A DNA stretch of 64,000 nucleotides from Thermodesulfobacteriota bacterium (GTDB taxonomy: Bacteria > Desulfobacterota_D > UBA1144 > Nemesobacterales > UBA2774): the NCBI GenBank assembly GCA_965223335.1, contig OZ244991.1, positions 2,603,484-2,667,483 of the forward strand, read 5' to 3'. Position numbers and translations under genes: made by a program. Positions 1-9,700 of the stretch are shown piece by piece (within the stretch, counting starts at the first letter, position 1; every line of letters begins with the position of its first letter). Below the pieces are notes generated by a model. That model saw only the letters and a program-made list of their open reading frames with translations. It did not search any database and had not been told where the DNA came from.

Positions 1-402
1 ACTATTCGACAACTGAGAACTTAGAATTCCGATCTCTTTTATTATTTCCTCAGCGGCATAGATTGCCCTTTGTGCATCATCCTCATGTGCCTTTGGATAA
101 CCATAATAAACCACTATACCGTCACCAAGGTACTGAGCAATGTGGCCATCGAACCGTTGTATAACCCGTGCAGTCATCTCTTGATACTTCCGGATCAGGT
201 CGTGGAACTGTTCCGGGTCCATACCCGTGGATATCTGGGTCGAGTTCACCAAATCACAAAACATCACTGTTATCTGACGGCGCTCCGACTCTCTTGCGGA
301 ATGGTCATCTGGAACAACGGATTGATCTGTTAAAGAGAGTCCACATTCCCCGCAATACTTAAATCCCGCAGGATTCTCAAACCTGCATCTTGGACACCGC
401 AT
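1..402 (-). CDS. Zinc-ribbon + class III adenylate/guanylate cyclase (5' part; runs off the left edge)
   Basis: Manual translation from ATG at 402: MRCPRCRFENPAGFKYCGECG...ESERRQITVMFCDLVNSTQIS...HIAQYLGDGIVVYYGYPKAHEDDAQRA. Double CxxC ribbon, then cyclase FCDLxxST and GDG motifs. Not in the ORF track because it is open-ended. Confidence 0.9.
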   Translation of the reverse strand, partial: MRCPRCRFENPAGFKYCGECGLSLTDQSVVPDDHSARESERRQITVMFCDLVNSTQISTGMDPEQFHDLIRKYQEMTARVIQRFDGHIAQYLGDGIVVYYGYPKAHEDDAQRAIYAAEEIIKEIGILSSQLSNS

Positions 403-657
403 CTCCACACCCCTAACTAGAAATGATTACAAACCCATTATAGTTAACTAAATTTAAAATAACAAGATATACATTTAATACTAGATATAGATAAATGTAG
501 TTTGATCTGCGAAACACCTTTACTACATTTACTTAAGATGCATAGATGAAAATATAGTTGAAGTAGACAAGAACATTTAGTTCAGAGATATTGTTTGAGC
601 GAAATACAACCCTAGAAATACAAGCGAATTTATTAGTCTATTATAGTTTGTAAAATA

Positions 658-736
658 TGGGGTGGGTGACCGGACTTGAACCGGCGGCCTCTGGGGCCAC
701 AACCCAGTGCTCTAACCAGGCTGAGCTACACCCACC
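658..736 (-). tRNA. tRNA-His (GUG)
   Basis: Reverse complement GGTGGGTGTAGCTCAGCCTGGTTAGAGCACTGGGTTGTGGCCCCAG...GGTTCAAGTCCGGTCACCCACCCCA. Anticodon GTG, G-1:C73 pair, encoded CCA. Confidence 0.97.
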
Positions 737-1031
737 ATTGAACTTTCGCTTAAGATAGGAGAACAAATATTACCATCTTAGTAGATCAGAAACAAATATT
801 TTCACAGCCATTCCGTCTTTACCCCAAGCAACATCATTAAATGTGATATTAGTTCAACTTATGATATATAACCCTACTATTTTTATAGTGTTTTTTTTAG
901 AAAGTTAAAAATACCCTTTTCAACATCCAGAAATTATGCAAGAATATATGTAGAGGTTTCAAATTATTGGTTCTAGATCTATACAATCATTTTGTATCTA
1001 GACATTAATAAATTGAGAGTGGGAATACAGA

Positions 1032-1568
1032 ATGCATATTCACAATGATTTTTCACCTACACAACGGGCCAGATATTACCCTTCTACACGTTGCCTGGAG
1101 TTAATAGGAAATAAGGGTATTGAAGCGGAACTGATCTGCCATCCATTGAGTGAGAGTTCCAACCCTAATAGCAAAACATCTGAAGATGATAGAAAGCGCA
1201 CCGGCACAATCACAAGGATACTACTGGTAGAAGATGATCCTGGTATTGCCAAACTGCTAAGAGTCGTATTGGAACAAAACGGTTACGAGGTCATCTGCCT
1301 TGGGGATGCCGACGAGGCCAATAGTCTCATATCCAAAGAAGAGTTTGACCTCATTGTGACCGATATTCAGCTACCATCTACTTTAAATGGTATAGAGCTA
1401 AGCTTAAATGCCAAGAAATTAAACCCGAATCAAAAAATAATACTGATCTCGGGATTAACCAGCCAGACCGAGGTCGAGAAACACCAAGAACTTCGCTCTA
1501 GCGACGTAGCCTTCTTTGCAAAACCCTTTACATTCACCGATGTCGTAGACCACATCAACAAACTTTAA
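1032..1568 (+). CDS. Stand-alone response regulator receiver-domain protein
   Basis: RILLVEDD...FDLIVTDIQLP..NGIEL...IILISG...FAKPF receiver motifs. The ~60-aa N-terminal extension makes the start uncertain. Confidence 0.85.
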   Translation: MHIHNDFSPTQRARYYPSTRCLELIGNKGIEAELICHPLSESSNPNSKTSEDDRKRTGTITRILLVEDDPGIAKLLRVVLEQNGYEVICLGDADEANSLISKEEFDLIVTDIQLPSTLNGIELSLNAKKLNPNQKIILISGLTSQTEVEKHQELRSSDVAFFAKPFTFTDVVDHINKL

Positions 1569-1699
1569 TAAATTCAACTGCATTATAGATCACCCAAACC
1601 TTAATCCCATTTCCGTATATCGTTTTTCCATCCGCTATTAATATCGAACCATTTTGAATCCTGTAGTTACTTACCTGATAAAGATCAGGAGGTAGCATC

Positions 1700-2350
1700 A
1701 TGGATTGTAAATCAAACAAATCGGTAAGAGTTAACAAACCTGTATCATTTTTAATCTTTTTTGCCATATTTACGGCAATCCTCATATCGCTAGGTTCCCA
1801 AGCCTCTCATGCCGAGATCACTCGCGGTTGTGAGGGGAATTTTATACTGGAGATTGTCAACCGCTCAGGCGATACACTCAAAAACCTAGATCAGTTTGAA
1901 GGACGTGGTGCATGTAAGAACACCGCCCACGCCAATACATGCCGTAAACGTGCAATGGACAATATCTTTCGTTGCGCCAACGACATATGGACCTATCGCT
2001 GGAACCTAATCGGTGATCCCAAGGATAACAATACAGATATGATATTGCCGGCTATATGCAGGGGCGACAAAACAGGTGCCAGGAAAGTGGGATTCAAGAC
2101 AAACCCTCACGGTAAAGGCACAGACATCAAACACGCCATGGAGTACTACGCATGCTGTAAAATGCAGCCGGGTGCTGGCACACTTATTCTAAAACTTGAT
2201 GTCGTATCTACCGGCGACAAAGGTTGTGGCAAAAACTACAACAAACTAGGGCGGTTCTATCATGAAAGAAGAACGCTCATAGATGATTACAAAGCCAGTT
2301 GCCCTGCAGTAATTAAAAGCGGCATTTGCGCAGTACGCACAGGTGGATAA
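1700..2350 (+). CDS. Secreted cysteine-rich hypothetical protein
   Basis: SD GGAGG upstream; signal peptide ending ASHA; 10 Cys in the mature region. Confidence 0.75.
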   Translation: MDCKSNKSVRVNKPVSFLIFFAIFTAILISLGSQASHAEITRGCEGNFILEIVNRSGDTLKNLDQFEGRGACKNTAHANTCRKRAMDNIFRCANDIWTYRWNLIGDPKDNNTDMILPAICRGDKTGARKVGFKTNPHGKGTDIKHAMEYYACCKMQPGAGTLILKLDVVSTGDKGCGKNYNKLGRFYHERRTLIDDYKASCPAVIKSGICAVRTGG

Positions 2351-2384
2351 TACGAAACTGCATCAACAACATAAAATAAAACAC

Positions 2385-2418
2385 CCAGGGTGCGTAAATA
2401 ATAATTCATGCGCCCTGG
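2385..2418. terminator. Hairpin between the convergent CDS 1700-2350 and tRNA-Arg
   Basis: CCAGGGTGCGT...ATGCGCCCTGG inverted repeat with G:U pairs. Confidence 0.55.
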
Positions 2419-2496
2419 ATATTAATCAGTGAGTAGACACTAAATGGTAAATGAGAGTTTAGATATTAGAATGTGAATATTGTGTTTAATAATAAA

Positions 2497-2573
<77 letters not shown>

Positions 2574-2712
2574 ATATACTCAAAGAATTCAACAGTTGAA
2601 ACACCTTAATGACACCTAAAAGGAACGTAAATATTACCTAAACGGCCCCCTACTAGCAACTCCATATTGTTTGTATACATTGGTAAATATTCGCTCTGCC
2701 ACTAAAACTATA

Positions 2713-2741
2713 TTGACTTTGAACCGCCGAATTTTTATAAT
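2713..2741 (+). promoter_or_regulatory. Near-consensus sigma70 promoter
   Basis: TTGACT (2713-2718), 17-bp spacer, TATAAT (2736-2741). Confidence 0.75.
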
Positions 2742-2759
2742 ATAAATAGAGGTGAGAAC

Positions 2760-2795
2760 ATGGCAAAAGGAGCGGATAGTCCACCAGACAATTAA
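2760..2795 (+). other. Putative 11-aa micro-ORF (MAKGADSPPDN) within a ~160-nt small transcript
   Basis: SD GAGGTG 5 nt before the ATG, immediately after the promoter; transcript closed by the terminator at 2882-2907. Confidence 0.45.
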
Positions 2796-2881
2796 TGCTT
2801 CATTTTGGATGTTTTTCAAATCTGCGGTGATTTATGACCGCACTAAAATAGCTGATCGCTATTAAAATAAACGAAAACAAC

Positions 2882-2907
2882 AAAGGGAGCTCAGTGAGCT
2901 CCCTTTT
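2882..2907 (+). terminator. Rho-independent terminator
   Basis: AAAGGGAGCTC-AGT-GAGCTCCCTTTT perfect stem followed by a T-rich tail. Confidence 0.8.
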
Positions 2908-3037
2908 CATATTTTATAGTTCTTTCACTCTACAATTAAAATATTCAAACACTAGTAAGTTGTATTCTTCCTACCAAATTTACTCAATTGAGACACCTTA
3001 ATGGACTATCTTTAATCTTATAGTTATCATCTAAAAT

Positions 3038-3751
3038 ATGCATAAATCAACCGAGGTTGAGATTCAAAAGCAATATTATTTGGACACCGCAAACACATAC
3101 GATAGCGCCCATTTAAATCAACAAGACGAACACTACTTTGCTCTGTCTATAATGTTGGGAGCCCTTGACTACATAGGTGTTAATTCAATTCTCGACATAG
3201 GATCAGGAACCGGTCGGGCACTAGTCTACTTAATGCAAAATAAGCCAGAGCTTGAAACATTGGGTATCGAACCAGTAAAGGAGCTACGTGAAATAGGTTA
3301 CTCCAAAGGCATCTCACCTAATCGACTAATCGAAGGAGATGCTACAGATCTCGCCTTCGAAGACAACCAATTTGATCTTGTGTGCGAGTTCGGGGTGCTC
3401 CATCATATCAAAAACTCAGACATTGCAGTTTCCGAGATGTTAAGAGTTGCAAAGAAAGCAGTATTCATATCCGATTCCAATAATTTCGGCCAAGGTTCCA
3501 AAATTATAAGATTTATCAAACAATCACTCAATCTTATAGGTTTATGGCCTATTGCCGACTACATTAAAACACGTGGCAAAGGTTACACAATCTCAGAAGG
3601 TGACGGTTTATCCTATTCATATTCTGTATTTAACGACTTACCCATAATAAAACAGCACTGTAAGTCCGTTCATTTATTCAACACAAAAGGATCAGGCAGT
3701 AGCAACTTGTATAGAACTGCCGGCCACGTAGCTATATTGGGCATCAAATAA
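3038..3751 (+). CDS. Class I SAM-dependent methyltransferase
   Basis: ILDIGSGTG motif I; GDATDLAFEDNQFDLV; VLHHI. Confidence 0.9.
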   Translation: MHKSTEVEIQKQYYLDTANTYDSAHLNQQDEHYFALSIMLGALDYIGVNSILDIGSGTGRALVYLMQNKPELETLGIEPVKELREIGYSKGISPNRLIEGDATDLAFEDNQFDLVCEFGVLHHIKNSDIAVSEMLRVAKKAVFISDSNNFGQGSKIIRFIKQSLNLIGLWPIADYIKTRGKGYTISEGDGLSYSYSVFNDLPIIKQHCKSVHLFNTKGSGSSNLYRTAGHVAILGIK

Positions 3752-3879
3752 CCATCAAGAATCAATAAATTTTGAATTCTTACAACAAGATGGCGTGTCT
3801 AACCGAGACGACATACCCCCCGTTCATTACACTTTTATTGAAAGGTACTAATAATGATGTAATAATTTGAGTCCTATAG

Positions 3880-4350
3880 ATGCAAGAAACTAAATCCTTC
3901 CCCAACGACAATAACGAAACCCTTAAATCGGTCCAAAGAAGTTTCCGCAATACCCTCCTTGGCTACCTGTTTATATACCCTCGCGAGCGCTACATCAGGG
4001 CATCGGAGCTGATCGGTGTAGATACAGATTTGCGTGCTAAAATTGAGGGCATTGAAAGCGTTGATCCCGATATATTGGGCGGGGCATATGATCTGATTGC
4101 AGCTTATTATCGCTACTCTACTGACCAAGGCGGGCAGATACCTCTTTTTATAGAGGGCGAGAGTTACGAAGAAGACCTGGTGGAAAGCTGGTGCGAGCAT
4201 TTTCACCGCGAAGCCAAACGCCTAGCCGACAACGACCCCATTGCAAAATCCATACTCGGAGCCGTGGCCTACAGAGACACAGATAAAGGTGCTGAAGCCA
4301 AAAACCACCTCAGTGATTTGCTAGAGGACTGGTACGGGGATATGCGATAG
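3880..4350 (+). CDS. Hypothetical protein
   Basis: 156-aa ORF with natural composition; no recognised motif. Confidence 0.65.
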   Translation: MQETKSFPNDNNETLKSVQRSFRNTLLGYLFIYPRERYIRASELIGVDTDLRAKIEGIESVDPDILGGAYDLIAAYYRYSTDQGGQIPLFIEGESYEEDLVESWCEHFHREAKRLADNDPIAKSILGAVAYRDTDKGAEAKNHLSDLLEDWYGDMR

Positions 4351-4456
4351 CACCCTATTGCAGCAATTCATAAATTTGCCCATTCCCAAAATAACAGTTG
4401 TTTCCCGATATTTTATGGTTAATCTTTAATTCATAAACAGTTAATGGAGATAAACC

Positions 4457-4930
4457 ATGAAAAAAACTACAACCATTACTATAACGGTACTAACTATAGT
4501 TGGATTAATAACCTTAGTTCCCGTATCCGAATCATTCAGCCTCGATACACCAACTGTCCAAATTGAACAGGGGGAAGAGCCCCTTGACCCAGCAAATGAG
4601 AGCCTAAACGAAGTATCCGAACCTGCTGGGGAACTCTCGGAGGAACCGGATAATGTAGCCCCGGAAACACTAAATGAGGTATCGGAACCCATAGGAGAAG
4701 AGGCCGAGAACGTAGGCCAAGATGTTGTGGCACCCGAGACTCTTGGGGAAGCATCCGAGACAGCCGATCAAGCCACTGAACCCCTCCAAGAAGATTCAGA
4801 AACAGTAGAACAAGCTACAGAGGACCTGCCATCTCCACCGCTTGACGAAGAGACAGGATTTGAGAACGAGGAACCCGGACAATTGCCCCTTGGAGACCGC
4901 GAGGCCGAGGGACGCCCGATCGGGGAGTAA
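4457..4930 (+). CDS. Secreted acidic low-complexity protein with internal repeats
   Basis: SD GGAG; signal peptide; E/P-rich body with LNEVSEP and VAPETL repeats. Confidence 0.75.
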   Translation: MKKTTTITITVLTIVGLITLVPVSESFSLDTPTVQIEQGEEPLDPANESLNEVSEPAGELSEEPDNVAPETLNEVSEPIGEEAENVGQDVVAPETLGEASETADQATEPLQEDSETVEQATEDLPSPPLDEETGFENEEPGQLPLGDREAEGRPIGE

Positions 4931-5000
4931 TCCTTACTCGGTGCATATCTAATGTATATGTGAATCAGAGTGGGTTTGATCTAAACTACCATGCCTAGGG

Positions 5001-5477
5001 CTACATACCCTGTTTAGCCCGTCTTTTGGCCCTTCTTTTGATTTTAGCCCCTATCTCGTGCCACTTTTTATCGTCGTTGGTCTTAACAATCAAGCCCGGC
5101 ACAGTGCTCGGCACCCCGTCACCGTCAATAGCCACCATCGTAGCATAACCCCTGCACGTAAACTCCTTTTCCGAGCGGTACTTACCGACCCTAAATACAT
5201 CGACCTTCACCACCATTGACGTGCGCGATGTATAGATGACTTTTGCCCGGAACTCAGCCATGTCCCCCTGTTTAATGGGCCTCTTAAAATCCACAGCCTC
5301 AAACGAAGCGGTCACAGCGTCTTTGTTGCAGAACTGCATGGCGGCAAGCCCGCCCGTCATGTCCATGAGCTCCAATATCCGCCCGCCGAATATTGTACCT
5401 AAGTGGTTGGTATGATTGGGAAACACAAGCTCTGTGCTAACTACCTCTACAGCTTCTTTTTTGATTTCGCTGTTCAT
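5001..5477 (-). CDS. Acyl-CoA thioesterase (hotdog fold, YciA-like)
   Basis: VFPNHTNHLGTIFGGRILELMD and VTAS..VDFKRPI motifs. Confidence 0.92.
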   Translation of the reverse strand: MNSEIKKEAVEVVSTELVFPNHTNHLGTIFGGRILELMDMTGGLAAMQFCNKDAVTASFEAVDFKRPIKQGDMAEFRAKVIYTSRTSMVVKVDVFRVGKYRSEKEFTCRGYATMVAIDGDGVPSTVPGLIVKTNDDKKWHEIGAKIKRRAKRRAKQGM

Positions 5478-5571
5478 AATATGTGTAGCCCGAAATGGTG
5501 AGTCGCACGACCTATTGGGTTAAGTTGGTTGTTTTAATGAAGATCGTGGACAAGCTTCTATACGCTGCATC

Positions 5572-5647
5572 TGGTCGGGGTGAGAGGATTTGAACCTCCG
5601 ACCTCGGCGTCCCAAGCGCCGCGCGCTCCCACCTGCGCTACACCCCG
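5572..5647 (-). tRNA. tRNA-Pro (UGG)
   Basis: Reverse complement CGGGGTGTAGCGCAGGTGGGAGCGCGCGGCGCTTGGGACGCCGAGGTCGGAGGTTCAAATCCTCTCACCCCGACCA. Anticodon TGG. Confidence 0.96.
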
Positions 5648-5748
5648 ACTGACGAGTACAAGATTATACCTATGGCGATTAAAACGGCAAGTTGTCTTAA
5701 ATTAGACTAATGGGATTCGGGATAGTAGTAATTATTCTCTATAAAACA

Positions 5749-6048
5749 CTATCCCAGGTACTTATCATAGACCTCTTTAGCCCAGAAAATCTCTGTGCCC
5801 GATGCCAATAGTGCGGTCTGCATAATGGTCTCGGCAATCTCTTGTTTGCTTATTTTAAGTGCAAGGGCCTTCTTAATCCTCGACTCTGTACAGTGTGGGC
5901 AGCGTCCATGTACAGCCACTGCAATTGCTATAAGTGCTTTTGTTTTAGAGTCAAGTACAGTCTCTCCCTCTACAGCTTTATAAAAACTCCACCAGCCCTC
6001 TGCCATTTGCGGGGCGTGTTTTTCAAACCATCTTTCATTATCGGCCAT
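5749..6048 (-). CDS. Carboxymuconolactone decarboxylase/AhpD-like protein with CxxC
   Basis: LDSKTKALIAIAVAVHGRCPHC; SD GGAGG. Confidence 0.88.
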   Translation of the reverse strand: MADNERWFEKHAPQMAEGWWSFYKAVEGETVLDSKTKALIAIAVAVHGRCPHCTESRIKKALALKISKQEIAETIMQTALLASGTEIFWAKEVYDKYLG

Positions 6049-6109
6049 AACATAAACCTCCTTTTTTATGTAGTTTTATATTCAGTATGGTCACATTCAA
6101 GGACTGAGC

Positions 6110-6646
6110 TCAAGCAATGTTCTTTATGTATTTGTCTCTACCAGAACCCATTTTATAAGATGCATAACCCAGCGGGTTCTTCTCATAAAAGTTCTGATGG
6201 TAATCCTCGGCATTGTAAAATTTCATCACAGGCCGTATCTCTGTGACTATGGGTTTGGGGTATTTGTTAGATGCCCCAAGCTTCTGCTTAGATTCATCTG
6301 CGATCTTTTTCTGCTCATCGTTATGATAGAAGATGGCAGTTCTGTAGTGCCTACCCCTATCTATAAATTGGCCACCGGGGTCTGTGGGGTCGACGTTGAG
6401 CCAAAACACATCAAGCAGTTTTTCGTAAGAGATCTGCGAGGGGTCAAATACTATTTCGACCGACTCCAAATGGTTCGTACGCCCCATACACACACTGTCA
6501 TACGAGGGGTTTTCCTCCTCGCCCCCTGTGTAGCCCACAGTGGTTGATATCACTCCCCCGAGCCTATCAAACGGCGGCTGCATACACCAGAAACACCCCC
6601 CGCTGAAAGTTGCTTTTTCATACCCTTTAGCATCGATATCAGTCAT
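6110..6646 (-). CDS. msrA: Peptide-methionine (S)-S-oxide reductase
   Basis: GGCFWC catalytic motif, GYTGG, AEDYHQNFY. Confidence 0.96.
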   Translation of the reverse strand: MTDIDAKGYEKATFSGGCFWCMQPPFDRLGGVISTTVGYTGGEEENPSYDSVCMGRTNHLESVEIVFDPSQISYEKLLDVFWLNVDPTDPGGQFIDRGRHYRTAIFYHNDEQKKIADESKQKLGASNKYPKPIVTEIRPVMKFYNAEDYHQNFYEKNPLGYASYKMGSGRDKYIKNIA

Positions 6647-6720
6647 TATTTACACCGCCCATAACATACCATATTAGCCCGCAAAGTGATAATAATCACA
6701 GGATGAAAAATATTGCTAAA

Positions 6721-9700
6721 TTACTGCCCTTTCCCTGCCCTATCGGGGTACTCCGGTCTATTAGGCTTCTTAGACTCTTGCTTACCCAATAGTTCTACTG
6801 CAACCTCTATGGACTTCTCAAGCTGGGGATCAACCCCCTCGCCCGGTCTCTCGTGAATATCGTCCACCTCGTAATCGGGCTCAACCCCATAACCCTCAAT
6901 CTCCCACTTGCCGCTCGAGTTCCAAAACGCATAGCTTGGCGCTGTCACAAACCCCCCGTCTATAAGTAGGGGGTTCCCCGAGACCCCTATTAAACCACCC
7001 AGTGTCCTGGTTCCTACTAACGGTCCCAGCCCGGATTTTCTAAAATAGTATGGCAGGGCATCCCCGCCCGAGCCCGACCACCCGTTAATTATCATGACCT
7101 TTGGCCCTGTGTGCGCAGGGGAAGGCGTTTCCAAGTCGTCGAAGCCGCGGCGCGCCCAGTAGTTTAGCGTGGGGCGGTTAAGCAGTTCAATAAACCTATC
7201 GGGCACCTGCCCCCCTCCGTTAAACCTCTCGTCAATTATAAGTGCGTCCATGTTGTGTTGGGGTATGAACTGCCGCACAAACTCGCTTTGCCCAAACCGT
7301 CCTGTGTCGGGCACATATACATACCCCACACGCCCCTCGGTTGCATCATGAACTCTCTTTCTGTTTTGCTCTACCCAGTCCAGATAGCGCAGTTTCTGGT
7401 CTTCTGCGTTTTTTATAGGTTTCACTAGAACATTGCGTATATCATTTTCCTTACCCGATCGGCTCACTCCCAGTGTTGTAACCTCTCCTACGAGGCCCTC
7501 GAACGAGGCCCAAAAATCCCTAGAGACGTCCACACCCCTACCGTCCACTGTCAATATGTACTCACCTTCCCTAACCCCCATTCCCGCTTCATCGAGCGGC
7601 GATTTAGAAACCCCGTTTAACTCCCCGCCGCTATAAATCTTATCAATCCTATATGCGCCTACATCCGCATCAAACCCGATATCTGCTCCCAAGAGCCCGG
7701 TCTCCACCGTCTCGCCCACCTCCATATCTCCACCACCCACATATGTGTGCGAAGAGTTTAACTCCCCCAGCATCTCGCCAATCACATAGTTCAGATCCTC
7801 TCGGTCAACAACATGGGGCAGTAACGCCTCGTACCTCTCCCTTACGGCGTTCCAATCCACTCCATGCATATTCGGGTCATAGAAATAATCCCGCAGTATC
7901 CGCCACGACTCTGTAAAGATCTGGCTCCATTCCTCCCGAGGGTCGATCTTTGCTTTTAGCTTACCCACAGCGATCTTGCCATCCCCTGCATTTTTGCCCT
8001 CACCAAAATCTACTATCCCGTATTTATCCCTCGCCTTATACAAGATCTTCTTGCCGTCTGCAGAAATCTTGTATGCATTGACACCCCCGATTATCTGGCC
8101 CTCGCGGCCGCTGTTTAGATCGTAAAACATCAGTTTACCCCCGGGGTGATCGTGGTTATTCACCCCCGCAGGCGGTAAACGCAAATACACAACCTTACCG
8201 CTAACAGCGGTCAACCCGCCAAAGTTGCCCGCACTCGGTGGCAGTTTCACCGCACGCTCCGCAATATCGTCGAAGTCTATCCTCTCATCCTTCTTATCTT
8301 TGTTATCCGTATTATGCTGTGGTTTGGGAGATATTTCCTCTATATCGTCTTTTAATGCAAGTGGGGATTTTAGGTCCTTTCTTAGAGGCAGTGCATAAAT
8401 CTCGGTAGAGTTGGGGTAGATCCAGGTCGCCTGCATGTCGCTATAAACAGGCGTGAATTTCCTGTCTGAAAAAAAGTATATGTATTTACCGTCAGGATCG
8501 AACTCGGGGGAGTTATCGTTATAGTAATTGCTGGTCAAGCGTTTTTTATCACCCGACTTTGTGTCGTACACAAACACCGATTTCCGCCCATTGGACATCT
8601 GTTTTGTATAGGCGATCCACCTGCTTTTCGGCGACCACGAATACGCGTGAATCTCGTCTCTTTCGTCCTTGTCCACAAGTTCAGGGGTTCTTTTCTTGTC
8701 GTCTATATAATAGAGGCTCCCCGTGTTGTCACTCCATGCAAGCTTTTTACTATCCGGGGACCAGACGAGTTGATACCGGAATGTGCTGCCATCGTTTGTC
8801 AGCTGTATCTCCTCTCCCCTACCGTCGCTCGGTTTCAAATAGATCTCGTACTCGCCCGTTTTATCCGACAGGTAAGCTATGTACTTTCCATCGGGTGACC
8901 ACACCGGAAACCGCTCGGCAGAGCCCGAGCTCGAGCTTAGATTGCGGATGCTCCCGTGATGACGCGGCACTGAGAATATCTCACCCCTAGCCTCCACAAG
9001 CGCTCTTTTCCCTGTGGGAGATATGGCAAAATTCTCAATCTGTTTTGAAACGTCTTTTAATCTTGCCCTTAGGTGCGGGAGGTCCGATGGCACATCGATA
9101 TTCACCTCCGTAATCTGCTCATCACTTAAACCGAGCAAGTAGAGCTTGCCCCCGTTCTCAAACACAATGTCAGAGGGCCCCAAACTCGGCCACCTCACAT
9201 CATAATCCGTAAACCTTGTGACCTGTCGTATCTTTTTGTCCCCAAGCTCATATGCCCAAATATTGAGCTTGCTCTTATCCCCCCTGTCCGATAGAAAATA
9301 GATCGTATCCCCATGCCACATAGGCAGAGAGTCGGTACCCTCGTACTCGGTTATCTTCTCTGCTTTATCGTTCTCAAAATCGTATAACCACAGGTTAGAC
9401 GCCATACCCCCCTTGTACCGCTTCCATGTCCGAAACTGTCTTAGTATGTACTGGAACGCTAGCTTCTTGCCGTCGGGGCTAAGGCTCCCGACCTCGGCAT
9501 AGGGCAGAGGCAGGACCTCGGGGACCCCCCCATCAACCGAGAGTTTAAAGAGCCTCTTGGTTCTGTGCGTGGGGCTAAGCATCCCCGAGCGCAGCAATAG
9601 GTGTTTACCGTCGGGGTACCAGCCCACTACAGCCTCCTGCTCCGGATGATAGGTAAGTCTGGCAGGCTCACCGCCCTCAGTGGGCATTATATATATATCG

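Noticed and set aside
3789..3802. Possible att-site copy of the tRNA-Arg 3' end (ATGGCGTGTCT vs ATGGCGCGCCT)
   Set aside because: Short, mismatched and compatible with chance.
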